Source: Candidatus Omnitrophota bacterium | GTDB taxonomy: Bacteria > Omnitrophota > Gorgyraeia > Zapsychrales > Fredricksoniimonadaceae | NCBI GenBank assembly: GCA_044225175.1 | Contig: JBGAJA010000002.1 | Span: forward strand, 600,991 to 664,990 | Reading direction: 5' to 3' | Length of the DNA stretch: 64,000 bases | In this document: positions 29,458-38,660 of the stretch, in pieces | Layout of the letters: every line of letters begins with the position of its first letter | Position numbering within the stretch: position 1 is the stretch's first letter | Position numbers and translations under genes: made by a program | The notes under the pieces: model-generated | Database searches by the model: none | Told to the model about the DNA's origin: nothing | What the model saw: the letters and a program-made list of their open reading frames with translations, nothing else

Positions 29458-32400
29458 ATGAAAAAATCGGTATGTTTGATTATTCTTCTGTGCTTTTTAG
29501 TTACAGGCATTGCGGGGCCTCGCTCTACTTTTGCCAGTGACATTCCTCAATTACCTCTTCCAGGAACTATGATGTCTTTGAGCCAGGCCTATATGCCTGT
29601 CATGATCAAAGGCCTGAAAGTCCATCCAGAGAATCCTTTGTTATTTGATTTCGTCGTGGATACAGGGAATTCTGGATTGTCCGTAGGGGCAGGGCTCGCC
29701 CCTGCCCAAAAAGGGCGACCGCAAGGGTCACCCCTACAAGACGAATCAAACAAATTAATCAAATATTTCCTAGCCTCATTAACTATCCCCGAAAAAGACC
29801 TCTGGGTGAATTTATCCCCCTATGAGAAAGACAGAATAGTTCCTGAAGAACTAGGGAACACCGAGCTAGGCCGAGACATGCTGGCCCAAGATTACATCCT
29901 CAAACAATTAACCGCTTCTCTAATTTATCCTGAGAAAGACCTAGGCAAGAAATTCTGGGACAAGGTTTATGCGAAGGCCCAAGCACTTTATGGCAATACG
30001 CAAATACCTGTGAATACATTCAACAAGGTATGGATCGTAGCTGATAAAGCCAAGGTTCTTGAGAGGAACAATGTGGGGTATATCGTTGGAGCGCATTTGA
30101 AGGTGATGTTGGAGGAAGATTATCTAGCTAATGAAAAAAATCAAACGCCAACCAGGGGACATGTTCATTACAAAACCAATAAGAACGTGTCCCCAAGCAT
30201 GCTGCCAAGCGAGACAGCGCTGAATGCGAAAGCACCCCAGGGAAACACCCCCAACGCCTTAGCAAACCAAATCATCCGCGACATCATATTGCCCGAATTA
30301 GAAAACGAGGTCAACCAAGGCCAAAACTTCGCCCCCTTGCGCCAAATGTTCTATTCCATGATCCTAGCCACATGGTACAAACAAACCCTAAAGAATGCCT
30401 TATTAAATCAAGTGTATAGCAATAAAGCCAAGATAGAAGGCGTCAAGAATGATGATCCTATTATCAAAGAAAAGATCTATCAGCAATACCTTAGTGCTTA
30501 CAAAAAAGGCGTATTCAATTACATCAAGGAAGATCTAGATTCAACCCCAGGCCAGAGAATTCCCAGAAAGTATTTTTCAGGCGGAATGATAATGGGTATC
30601 GAGAAAGTCTTGGATCGCACGCAGACAGAAACACCTCATGAACTAACAAGTCTGAAGACTGGGGACATGGCTATGGTCCAAGTTCTTATCAATAAATCTT
30701 CGGATTCTAGCAAAACTCCTGAACCAGTCTTGGCAGAGAATCCAATCATAAAGAAGCTGCTCGATTTACAAGAACAAGGAAAAAAATGGGAATTGATTTC
30801 AAATCCGCAATATGACGGGTGGATTGTTTATAAAGCAGGAAGTTTTTTTATTCATGTTCCTTCTAAAGAGGGAGCGCTTGAATACAGTCAGCAACAGGTC
30901 ATTGAGAATGCAGATTTTGTTTTGGCAAATGCTGGTAATACATTTGTTCCTACAACAAAAATTAACTTGAAACAAATGTCATTTCAAACACAGGTAGGTG
31001 AATATATAAAACCTGGCATTGTCTATATACAAAATGGTGTAGAACCATTGTTTAGTTTAAAAGGACAAAAGATAGGGCAAAGAATCATTAATCGAGGACT
31101 TTTATTCAGATTGGCAAAACAAGAAAGGTGGAAAAAGATTGCCCAAATCCTACAGAGCGCTATGACAACTACGCAACATATGTGGTCAAGAGGAATATTT
31201 GTCGAGGATACGACCGTTCTTGTTAATATGGGCATACCTAAAGGCGATTCGAATGCCATCTATTTTGATTTGGGAAATTTTTCTTCCAAAGTTCCTCCGG
31301 ACAAGGTTTTATTAAAGGTTCTTCAGGATTTACGTGCCGAGATACGAGCTACCGTAAAATTGCTTGATTTGCCTTTATCGTCAAAAGAAGTTGTTCTTTC
31401 AAATCTTAAGAAACAATTTTCTATAAGTAATTTCAGAAACACTTGGCAAAGTAAGATGCACGAACGCTCCAGAGTTGCTGATGCAGCCATGAATACTTGG
31501 CCAGAATATTTATATGCTGAAGAAAGAGCCCGTGAGATAGCACAAGGCGTAAAACAATTGACTCCAAATGAAATGAGCAGTCTTTATCAAATTATCGTAA
31601 GCCTCAGAATGCTACCTGAAGAATTAATTTCACAAACATTTGAGGAAGGTAAAAGGGTCGTTTTTCTTGGGATTCCCACTGCAAAAGGAGAAACCTATCT
31701 TGCTCGCCTGTTTAAAGCATTAAAGAATGAAAAATTCAAACCGACTCATTTAGCTTTACCTTTTGCTGAGAGGGATCGTGACAAATTAAATCGATTTATT
31801 GAAGGTCAGATTTCGGCCAGTGAATGGGGAATTAATTTGAATGGTGTTCATGAAAAAGATCTCGAATCTTTGCGAGTTCTACTTCACGGGATTAAAGATG
31901 ATGTGAAATTTGTTTTGTATGCTGATGAGGGTAGTCATAGTGGAGAATTAAAAGCTGATCAAGAAGCAAAGAACATTCTCAATGTTATTAATCTGGATAA
32001 GTCAGCACGGCTGTTAGTTGTAGGTAATTATGATCGGGTGGCGAAAGAGAATGTAGGTGGATCTCAATTATCTATACGCCGTATTGTTTCACAAAATATG
32101 GGTAGTGATCATATTTCTTCTATTGTCACGTCACATGGAGAAGATATGGAATCTTACTCATTGATAGGGATAAATAATTTCTTTGATATTTTCGAAAGGC
32201 ATTCTATTCCTATTAGCTTTGCTTTTCCAATTGCCAAAACTCCTTTGGAAGGACTGTCTTTTGATCAAGATTATCCACAAAGTACTTACGGTTTATTTGA
32301 TGGTTTCATTTATTTCAAAGATTCTGATGAGGATGGAGAAGGTTTCTTTGATAAGAAACCTGATGAACCTATTTTAGCAGACCATCCTACAGGCAGTGGT

Positions 32401-35400
32401 GACAGAAGAAGAGCAACGGTTGCTGCTACGAGCCCCGCCATGACCTCCAAGCCTAATATAGCTATCACTGTTCCTGGTAATGATACCGTTCTAACTCAAG
32501 AATTTTATGAAGGTTTAGATGATGCTGTTACGCAGATGGAAGAGTTTATAAAATTACAACAACCTGCTCAAATTATTTGTTTAGGCGGATCCCCTGAATG
32601 GATTTTTAGAGCTCTTGAAGTTAAAACTCAATTTCAAAATCCGAATCAGTATGCAGATCTAAGACGAAAAATTAAATATGTCGCCTTTAGTAGACCTGAA
32701 GGTGGCGTTTTTTATTACTCACAAAAAGAAGTAGATGCGTACCGCACATATTTAAAGAAATTAGGTATTACTCCCAGGAAAATTATTAATAGGGATAAGC
32801 CAACTATAATTGTTGATAAAAGTGAGTCAGGTGAAAGTTTAAGGGTTTTTATAAGAATTTTAGAAAAGTGGGCAGAAGATGTAAATATTAGCTCTTCTGA
32901 ATTAGGATTGAAATTGGGACTGAGAATTTTGAGTGATCATAGACTAATATCTAAAAATGGAGTTATTAGACTTTTTAATCCTTGGAATGATATTCCAGAA
33001 ATATATCTCACAACTCTTGACTCCGGAGGGTTAGCTAGTGTTCAGATTATTGCTCGGCCAATCAATAATACGATAGACAGAAGTGAAACAAATGATCTGG
33101 GAAGATTTGTGCCCAGGTATTCGCGCGACCAATGGGTATCAAGTCGACCGATTCCTTTGGCAAAAGATATTGATAACGCTAAAAGAACGATTGAAAAGAT
33201 TGTTACGTATTACCAGGATAAATTATCATCAGCTCCAGTAGCGAACAATTCAGACCCTCGTAAGGAAGAAGGTCCTATTTCTGAGAATTTAAGACTTTTA
33301 GCAATTAACCGTCTTTTGCCAGCAGCTATTACGGATTTTGATGAACGGCTTAAAATTATTAAATACATCATTGCAACGTTTAAAGATCAATGGGAAGAGG
33401 CTATTTCTCTTTTAGGTCATCATTTAATGGATTCTAAAGAGTGGGAGATGATTGATCGAGCATTAAGACATGGATTGCCCTTAGTAACGATTGCGGAATG
33501 GGCCCATTATAGTTTGAATGATGGGAAGATCACCTTCAGATCTTTTCCAATTGAATTTCAAAATAAAATTTTTGAAGAAAGTAAATCTAGTCGTGGCATT
33601 ACTCGTCTTGAATTACAAGATTTGTGGATGATTTATAGTTGTTTGATGAAAGTAGTAAAAGCAAAAGAACAGGAAGGTCAAATTGAACAGAAGGCGGCAG
33701 AAGATTTTTATGCTCGTATGCCGGTCTTCAAATCCGTTCCTGAATTTGAGGCATATGCTTCCGCAGATTATCGAGCTCGTTATGAAAGAGCTGCAAAAGA
33801 TTTGTTGGCAGAGCAAGGGTTAAAACAAATCACATTTCATTCTTTAGTGCTGATGATCAAGGGGTTGTCTTTTAATAGGCATATGCCGCGTGGTAATTAC
33901 CTTTCAGTTGTGATTCATGACAATAACGGTTTTAAACCGGTTCAATTGAATGACTTCTTATGGGAAGGACCAATTGCTATTGATCAAGTGGGATTTTTTA
34001 CCAAAGATCTTGGGAAAGGAATTGAGGGTAAAAAGGAGAGCTTGAGCATTGAAGTTACTGGTGGAGATTTAAAGAAAGTATTAAAAGGACATCTTTTTGA
34101 CGATGAAGAAATTAGACCTTTGTTAGGATCAATTGAATTTCAACGAGATCCGCGAGATTTATCAAAAGCTAAAATTTATTGGATCCAAGCTTGGCTAAGA
34201 CAAAGTGATCGTCTAACTCCCGAGGTAAGAGCTAAATTAGGTTCTATTGAAGAAATGGTTTTAAAAGCCTTTCATGCCTACGCGAAACAAAATGGTATTA
34301 AGACTATTCAATATAGAACAGGAAGCAGGTTCTTTAGAGATGTTCCCTTGGTTGCACGTCAGACCGTCAACCGTGTGAATAAATTATTTCAAAATAATGG
34401 ATATCGTCTCGTTTTTGATGAGAAAAAGAAGGAATGGTTTTGGCAGATTGAAATTAATGCCGCTATGATCACCACGTCCACTGCTAAAAAGACGGTTTCG
34501 ACTATATCTGACCAGGAGTTTTTTGATAGGGCTTTAAAGATATTAGATCAAGGGATTGATAAAAGTCGTAAATTAGTAACAAAGATTACGGATGATTATC
34601 AATCAACTAAACAATCACCAACCAGGCGTCTTGAACAATTGACTTTATCGCTTAGTCTTTTGCGACACAACTTAGCAAATTATGAATTTTTTGATGTTTT
34701 CGGCAGCATATTAATGAAAGAGCTTTATGCGCGTAAAAAAAGTGATGGGTTTGAATATTCCATCGATCAAATTCATACTCCTATCGATGCAAATGGAAGA
34801 CATGAAGCGGCCCTTTCAAATTTATTTGATCTCAAGGAGAAGATGTCAGAGAAAGGAGCTGTCATCAACATCGATCATTTCAGACAACAACTTAATTTAA
34901 TTTTTCAATCTTATTTTATGACACTGTTGGCAGAACTATCTCTTAGGGCCTTAGATGGAGATGTCTCCTATAATCTTAATCAATTGCAGAGAGTTCTAAA
35001 CAAGATTCAAGAAGGTAGTGGAAGCGTATTTATCAAAGATGCCAGGACCTTATGGACAATTGCAACTTCGCCCGTTGTTGTTGAAGAAAGAGCTTCTCAG
35101 GCGTATGAAATTTTTAGTCGACGCATTTATAGCGATAAAGTCTCCCGCAATGATCGTATAGCTCATGCCATTATCAATGTGAAGGCCAATGGCATCCATC
35201 TTTTTCAAGTGATAGGCAGGCTTTCTCTAGCATCTGCGGATAAAGAAAAAGCTCAATCGCAAATTGATTTTAATAGTGTCGATTTTCAGTTGTTAGTTAA
35301 GGGTTTGGCGGTGTTGATGCCCCGTTACGAAGAAATTTTGAAGTTAGAAGAGAGAGGACCTTTATTGGAAGACATTAGAAAAGAAAAAGAAGACATAGTT

Positions 35401-37635
35401 GAGGCGCTGATATTTGCTTTGGGTGGTTTGAGGTTTTTTTGGGAATTTGGGGGCAATTTGGAGCTTATTCTTAACTCCTTACCAGCGAATTTAAAACAAT
35501 TGAAGGAGACTTTGTCTTACTTTGGCCGTTTGGCAGATCCTCTGATGAAAGATATAAAAAATTTGGATTTAAGTAAATCTATTTATTCACCTATCCAACA
35601 TACCAATATTTTACCGCACCGTACGTTGAACGCTTTATTTACTTCTGCTTTCAACCAGGTAGGAACAGAAAAGCCTCTGCGTTTGTTTAGCTATGAAGAG
35701 CTAATGCGTTCCTCCTCAGGGCTAGAAGGACAAGAAAAGCTTAATTTATATGAATTATTTAGAAGGAACGATGGTAAGGGTAGACTAGAAAATTTTCTAA
35801 CAATAACTAAGGGAATTTACCAAGAAGTTCAACATGATTTGGTAGTGTTAAGGGATCATGGAATGTTAGTTAAGCAAGATTCAAATTTTCCTTATATATT
35901 TAAACCTGAAGATATAGAAAAAGTCAGACAAGTACAGACAGGACTGTCAAAGTTGTTCGCAAGGAAGTCTTCTACAAATATTTTTACTGAGGGAAATTAT
36001 CGTTATGAATTGGTAAGCTTTGATGATCGTTTGGCGTTATCCAAGGATTCTGGAAAAGAATATCCTCCCTCAGTGAGCGTTCTTGTCTATGACAAAGACA
36101 GCAATGCGCCTATCTACACAGCTCATGTAATGTGGCAAAGACCCAAGCTGACGCAAGATCAATCGCTTGAGCCTGTTTGGATGGAGTATCATCCTAAGGG
36201 TGGCATCCCTGAAGGTATTGACACTAAAATGATTTATGGATCGTTCTCCCGTTTAAGCCAAAAACCTGAAATGTCTTTTTTCTTTGTGAATGGTCAACAA
36301 CGGGACAATATGAGTTTTCAACGATACTTTAGTCGTTTTAATACGTTGTATCTCTTCCAAAGGCATGTCAACAGTACGAGGCCGATTCTAGATGTGGTAT
36401 TGGATACGATGAATCAACTTCAAATTCCATATTCTCAAGAAACATTAGTCAAAGATATAAACTTCATTTCAAAAATCCTAGCAAGATATTTGGATTGGTC
36501 TGAATTAATGTACATTAATACAACGTTATCTGTGATTAAAGCTTATCAGATAAAGAAAGGTTTACGCAGTTTAGAGGAGGCAACTAATGTTCTAAGGGCG
36601 ATGATCAAGGATGAAGATTTGTTAGGATCTATAGAGGATATAAGCCTTGAGTTAAATAAGGGGAATAAAGATCCTTATAAGATATCGAGTCCCAAGAATC
36701 TCATTTATTATCTGACAGGAAAAGGACCTCTTTTCTTGGATAAAGCATTTCAATTACGTGAAGCTTTAAGAAAAGCATATCCAGATTTAAGTGTATTAAG
36801 AAGGGAAGTTGCTGGGAAAAATAGTTTAGAAGAGTCGGAAATATTAGGACAAAAGGTCACTGTCGATGGAAAGGTTGATGAAAGATACACGGCGCGAAGT
36901 GTTGAGAAATTATTTTATTATCTTGGGAAGGAATCCTATTTTCTTGAGAGGGCAGTTGAGCTACGTGAAGCTTTAAGAACAGCATATCCAGATCTAGAGT
37001 CATTGCGAGAGGCTTTGAGGGATAAAAGGGGTTTAGAAGCAGCTGAAATCCTAAGAGGGAAGCTGATCAAGGATAGAGTAGTCGATCATAGATATACACC
37101 TGTAGGTGTTGAACAATTACTGCATTATCTTTTTGGAAGAAATGTCCGTTTTTTAAATAGCGCCCTTGAACTGCGTGAAGCTTTAAGAAAGAAATATCCG
37201 ACATTAGAAGATCTTATCGGTTCTCTCATTGATGACCGAGGGCAAGAGTTTTCAAAAAGGGAAGTCCACTCATTATGGCTCCGTTCTATGCAAAAGGGAG
37301 TGTCTAAAGGAAATTTCAAAACCAATGCTGATGCTCTATGGGATGAACTGCGTAAATTATTCAATGCAAGAAAAAAAGCTGCAAGCGGCTCTACTCCTGC
37401 CATGATTTCCAACAAGCCCGATGAAACAATGCTTAGAAAAACTCCTGGTGGTATTGATTTAGACGCTAAGAATATGGGGTTAGATATTATGAAAGAAGGC
37501 AATGGTATTAAGATATCATTCGATCCTGTTTTAATTGCAGAATTCGAAAGGGGTGATTTTTCAGGGGTCATCCCAATTATTATTAATATTACCCCTCTTT
37601 CTAGTCCTTTGACTTTGTTAGGGTTGAGTCCATAA
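29458..37635 (+). CDS. Giant secreted modular protein (2725 aa): signal peptide, conserved N-domain, multiple cargo modules, C-terminal GGIDL domain
   Basis: Uninterrupted 8.2-kb ORF; N- and C-terminal domains paralogous to 7060..10812; the middle is unrelated to that of the paralog. Confidence 0.92.
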   Translation: MKKSVCLIILLCFLVTGIAGPRSTFASDIPQLPLPGTMMSLSQAYMPVMIKGLKVHPENPLLFDFVVDTGNSGLSVGAGLAPAQKGRPQGSPLQDESNKLIKYFLASLTIPEKDLWVNLSPYEKDRIVPEELGNTELGRDMLAQDYILKQLTASLIYPEKDLGKKFWDKVYAKAQALYGNTQIPVNTFNKVWIVADKAKVLERNNVGYIVGAHLKVMLEEDYLANEKNQTPTRGHVHYKTNKNVSPSMLPSETALNAKAPQGNTPNALANQIIRDIILPELENEVNQGQNFAPLRQMFYSMILATWYKQTLKNALLNQVYSNKAKIEGVKNDDPIIKEKIYQQYLSAYKKGVFNYIKEDLDSTPGQRIPRKYFSGGMIMGIEKVLDRTQTETPHELTSLKTGDMAMVQVLINKSSDSSKTPEPVLAENPIIKKLLDLQEQGKKWELISNPQYDGWIVYKAGSFFIHVPSKEGALEYSQQQVIENADFVLANAGNTFVPTTKINLKQMSFQTQVGEYIKPGIVYIQNGVEPLFSLKGQKIGQRIINRGLLFRLAKQERWKKIAQILQSAMTTTQHMWSRGIFVEDTTVLVNMGIPKGDSNAIYFDLGNFSSKVPPDKVLLKVLQDLRAEIRATVKLLDLPLSSKEVVLSNLKKQFSISNFRNTWQSKMHERSRVADAAMNTWPEYLYAEERAREIAQGVKQLTPNEMSSLYQIIVSLRMLPEELISQTFEEGKRVVFLGIPTAKGETYLARLFKALKNEKFKPTHLALPFAERDRDKLNRFIEGQISASEWGINLNGVHEKDLESLRVLLHGIKDDVKFVLYADEGSHSGELKADQEAKNILNVINLDKSARLLVVGNYDRVAKENVGGSQLSIRRIVSQNMGSDHISSIVTSHGEDMESYSLIGINNFFDIFERHSIPISFAFPIAKTPLEGLSFDQDYPQSTYGLFDGFIYFKDSDEDGEGFFDKKPDEPILADHPTGSGDRRRATVAATSPAMTSKPNIAITVPGNDTVLTQEFYEGLDDAVTQMEEFIKLQQPAQIICLGGSPEWIFRALEVKTQFQNPNQYADLRRKIKYVAFSRPEGGVFYYSQKEVDAYRTYLKKLGITPRKIINRDKPTIIVDKSESGESLRVFIRILEKWAEDVNISSSELGLKLGLRILSDHRLISKNGVIRLFNPWNDIPEIYLTTLDSGGLASVQIIARPINNTIDRSETNDLGRFVPRYSRDQWVSSRPIPLAKDIDNAKRTIEKIVTYYQDKLSSAPVANNSDPRKEEGPISENLRLLAINRLLPAAITDFDERLKIIKYIIATFKDQWEEAISLLGHHLMDSKEWEMIDRALRHGLPLVTIAEWAHYSLNDGKITFRSFPIEFQNKIFEESKSSRGITRLELQDLWMIYSCLMKVVKAKEQEGQIEQKAAEDFYARMPVFKSVPEFEAYASADYRARYERAAKDLLAEQGLKQITFHSLVLMIKGLSFNRHMPRGNYLSVVIHDNNGFKPVQLNDFLWEGPIAIDQVGFFTKDLGKGIEGKKESLSIEVTGGDLKKVLKGHLFDDEEIRPLLGSIEFQRDPRDLSKAKIYWIQAWLRQSDRLTPEVRAKLGSIEEMVLKAFHAYAKQNGIKTIQYRTGSRFFRDVPLVARQTVNRVNKLFQNNGYRLVFDEKKKEWFWQIEINAAMITTSTAKKTVSTISDQEFFDRALKILDQGIDKSRKLVTKITDDYQSTKQSPTRRLEQLTLSLSLLRHNLANYEFFDVFGSILMKELYARKKSDGFEYSIDQIHTPIDANGRHEAALSNLFDLKEKMSEKGAVINIDHFRQQLNLIFQSYFMTLLAELSLRALDGDVSYNLNQLQRVLNKIQEGSGSVFIKDARTLWTIATSPVVVEERASQAYEIFSRRIYSDKVSRNDRIAHAIINVKANGIHLFQVIGRLSLASADKEKAQSQIDFNSVDFQLLVKGLAVLMPRYEEILKLEERGPLLEDIRKEKEDIVEALIFALGGLRFFWEFGGNLELILNSLPANLKQLKETLSYFGRLADPLMKDIKNLDLSKSIYSPIQHTNILPHRTLNALFTSAFNQVGTEKPLRLFSYEELMRSSSGLEGQEKLNLYELFRRNDGKGRLENFLTITKGIYQEVQHDLVVLRDHGMLVKQDSNFPYIFKPEDIEKVRQVQTGLSKLFARKSSTNIFTEGNYRYELVSFDDRLALSKDSGKEYPPSVSVLVYDKDSNAPIYTAHVMWQRPKLTQDQSLEPVWMEYHPKGGIPEGIDTKMIYGSFSRLSQKPEMSFFFVNGQQRDNMSFQRYFSRFNTLYLFQRHVNSTRPILDVVLDTMNQLQIPYSQETLVKDINFISKILARYLDWSELMYINTTLSVIKAYQIKKGLRSLEEATNVLRAMIKDEDLLGSIEDISLELNKGNKDPYKISSPKNLIYYLTGKGPLFLDKAFQLREALRKAYPDLSVLRREVAGKNSLEESEILGQKVTVDGKVDERYTARSVEKLFYYLGKESYFLERAVELREALRTAYPDLESLREALRDKRGLEAAEILRGKLIKDRVVDHRYTPVGVEQLLHYLFGRNVRFLNSALELREALRKKYPTLEDLIGSLIDDRGQEFSKREVHSLWLRSMQKGVSKGNFKTNADALWDELRKLFNARKKAASGSTPAMISNKPDETMLRKTPGGIDLDAKNMGLDIMKEGNGIKISFDPVLIAEFERGDFSGVIPIIINITPLSSPLTLLGLSP
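29683..29737. repeat. GTAG-family REP doublet inserted in-frame in the giant ORF
   Basis: GTAG-GGGCAGGG-ctcgc-CCCTGCCC-aaaaa-GGGCGACC-gcaag-GGTCACCC-CTAC; absent at the equivalent site of the paralog. Confidence 0.85.
36676..37215 (+). repeat. Three tandem ~69-70 aa repeats within the giant ORF
   Basis: CGTGAAGCTTTAAGAA at 36757, 36964 and 37174 (periods 207 and 210 nt); peptide YL.GK...FL..A..LREALR..YP.L..L. Confidence 0.85.
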
Positions 37636-37704
37636 TTTTTCTTTCCCTCTATATATAAACTATGCTAATATTGTGCCTTCTTTGAAGGCCTTTTGAATTG
37701 CGAC

Positions 37705-37778
<74 letters not shown>

Positions 37779-37834
37779 TATATGAAAATTGAGATTAGAA
37801 AGTAGAATAATCTAATTTCCAATTTCAGAATTTT

Positions 37835-37911
37835 GGACTCATAGCTCAACTGGTTAGAGCATTCCCTTCACATGGGAAAGGCTGAAGGTTCGATTCCTTC
37901 TGAGTCCACCA
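37835..37911 (+). tRNA. tRNA-Val (CAC)
   Basis: GGACTCA..TTCCC-TTCACAT-GGGAA..GAAGG-TTCGATT-CCTTC TGAGTCC A CCA. Confidence 0.93.
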
Positions 37912-37934
37912 GTAGTTCTTAACAATTGGAGCAT

Positions 37935-38660
37935 ATGACAACAACATCCATTAAAGATCAAATCAAGAAGTTAATTGAACTACAAATCCTCGACTTAGAC
38001 GCTTATCATCTCAAAATGCATTTACGTGATAAGCCTGCAGAAATTGAATCTCTTAAGGCAGATTTTGAATCCAAAAAAGCCAAACTTAAAAGTCTCGAAG
38101 ATCAACTGAAAGCCATTATGCTCAAGCAAAAAGACTATGAAGGCGATCTGAAATCCAAAGACGAAGCCATCCTTAAAGCAGACGGTCAACTGCTATCCTT
38201 AAAGACCAATAAAGAGTACCAAGCAAAATTAATGGAAATTGAAAATATTAAAGCAGACAAGTCTTTGATTGAAGAAAAGATCTTGATGGGTTTTGATGAC
38301 ATTGATGCTGCTCGTAAAGCAGTGGAGGCTGAAAAGACTGTTGTAGCTAATTTTGAAAAAGAATTTCAAACTAAGCAAAAGCAATTGAATGATGAAATTG
38401 CCGTTGCGAACGACCAAATGAAGGTGAAAGAATCTCAGCGAAGCCGTATTGCCCCAGATGTGCGTCCTGATATTTTGAGCCGTTATGAAAGAATTTTGCA
38501 AAAGAAAGAAGGAGTTGGAATAGTTCCTGTGAAGAATCAAACTTGCAGTGGTTGTTATATGCATTTGACAGATCATTTGATTCATCAGATTAAAATGAAT
38601 GATCAGTTAGTCAGTTGTGATCAGTGTGCCAGAATACTTTATCTTGAAGATGAACTATGA
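37935..38660 (+). CDS. C4-type zinc-ribbon coiled-coil protein (DUF164/COG1579)
   Basis: LIELQ.LD N-terminus, KTNKEY.A, coiled coil, CSGC...CDQCARILY; ATG 37935 follows GGAG. Confidence 0.92.
   Translation: MTTTSIKDQIKKLIELQILDLDAYHLKMHLRDKPAEIESLKADFESKKAKLKSLEDQLKAIMLKQKDYEGDLKSKDEAILKADGQLLSLKTNKEYQAKLMEIENIKADKSLIEEKILMGFDDIDAARKAVEAEKTVVANFEKEFQTKQKQLNDEIAVANDQMKVKESQRSRIAPDVRPDILSRYERILQKKEGVGIVPVKNQTCSGCYMHLTDHLIHQIKMNDQLVSCDQCARILYLEDEL

Noticed and set aside
31153-31164. QSAM as an additional module boundary
   Set aside because: It lies in a predicted helix just before the kinase-like catalytic loop, not in a linker. It shows that AM can occur by chance, so the linker motif needs statistical testing
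37783-37827. Imperfect AT-rich hairpin between the two tRNAs
   Set aside because: Low complexity with several mismatches; cannot be distinguished from an ordinary tRNA spacer
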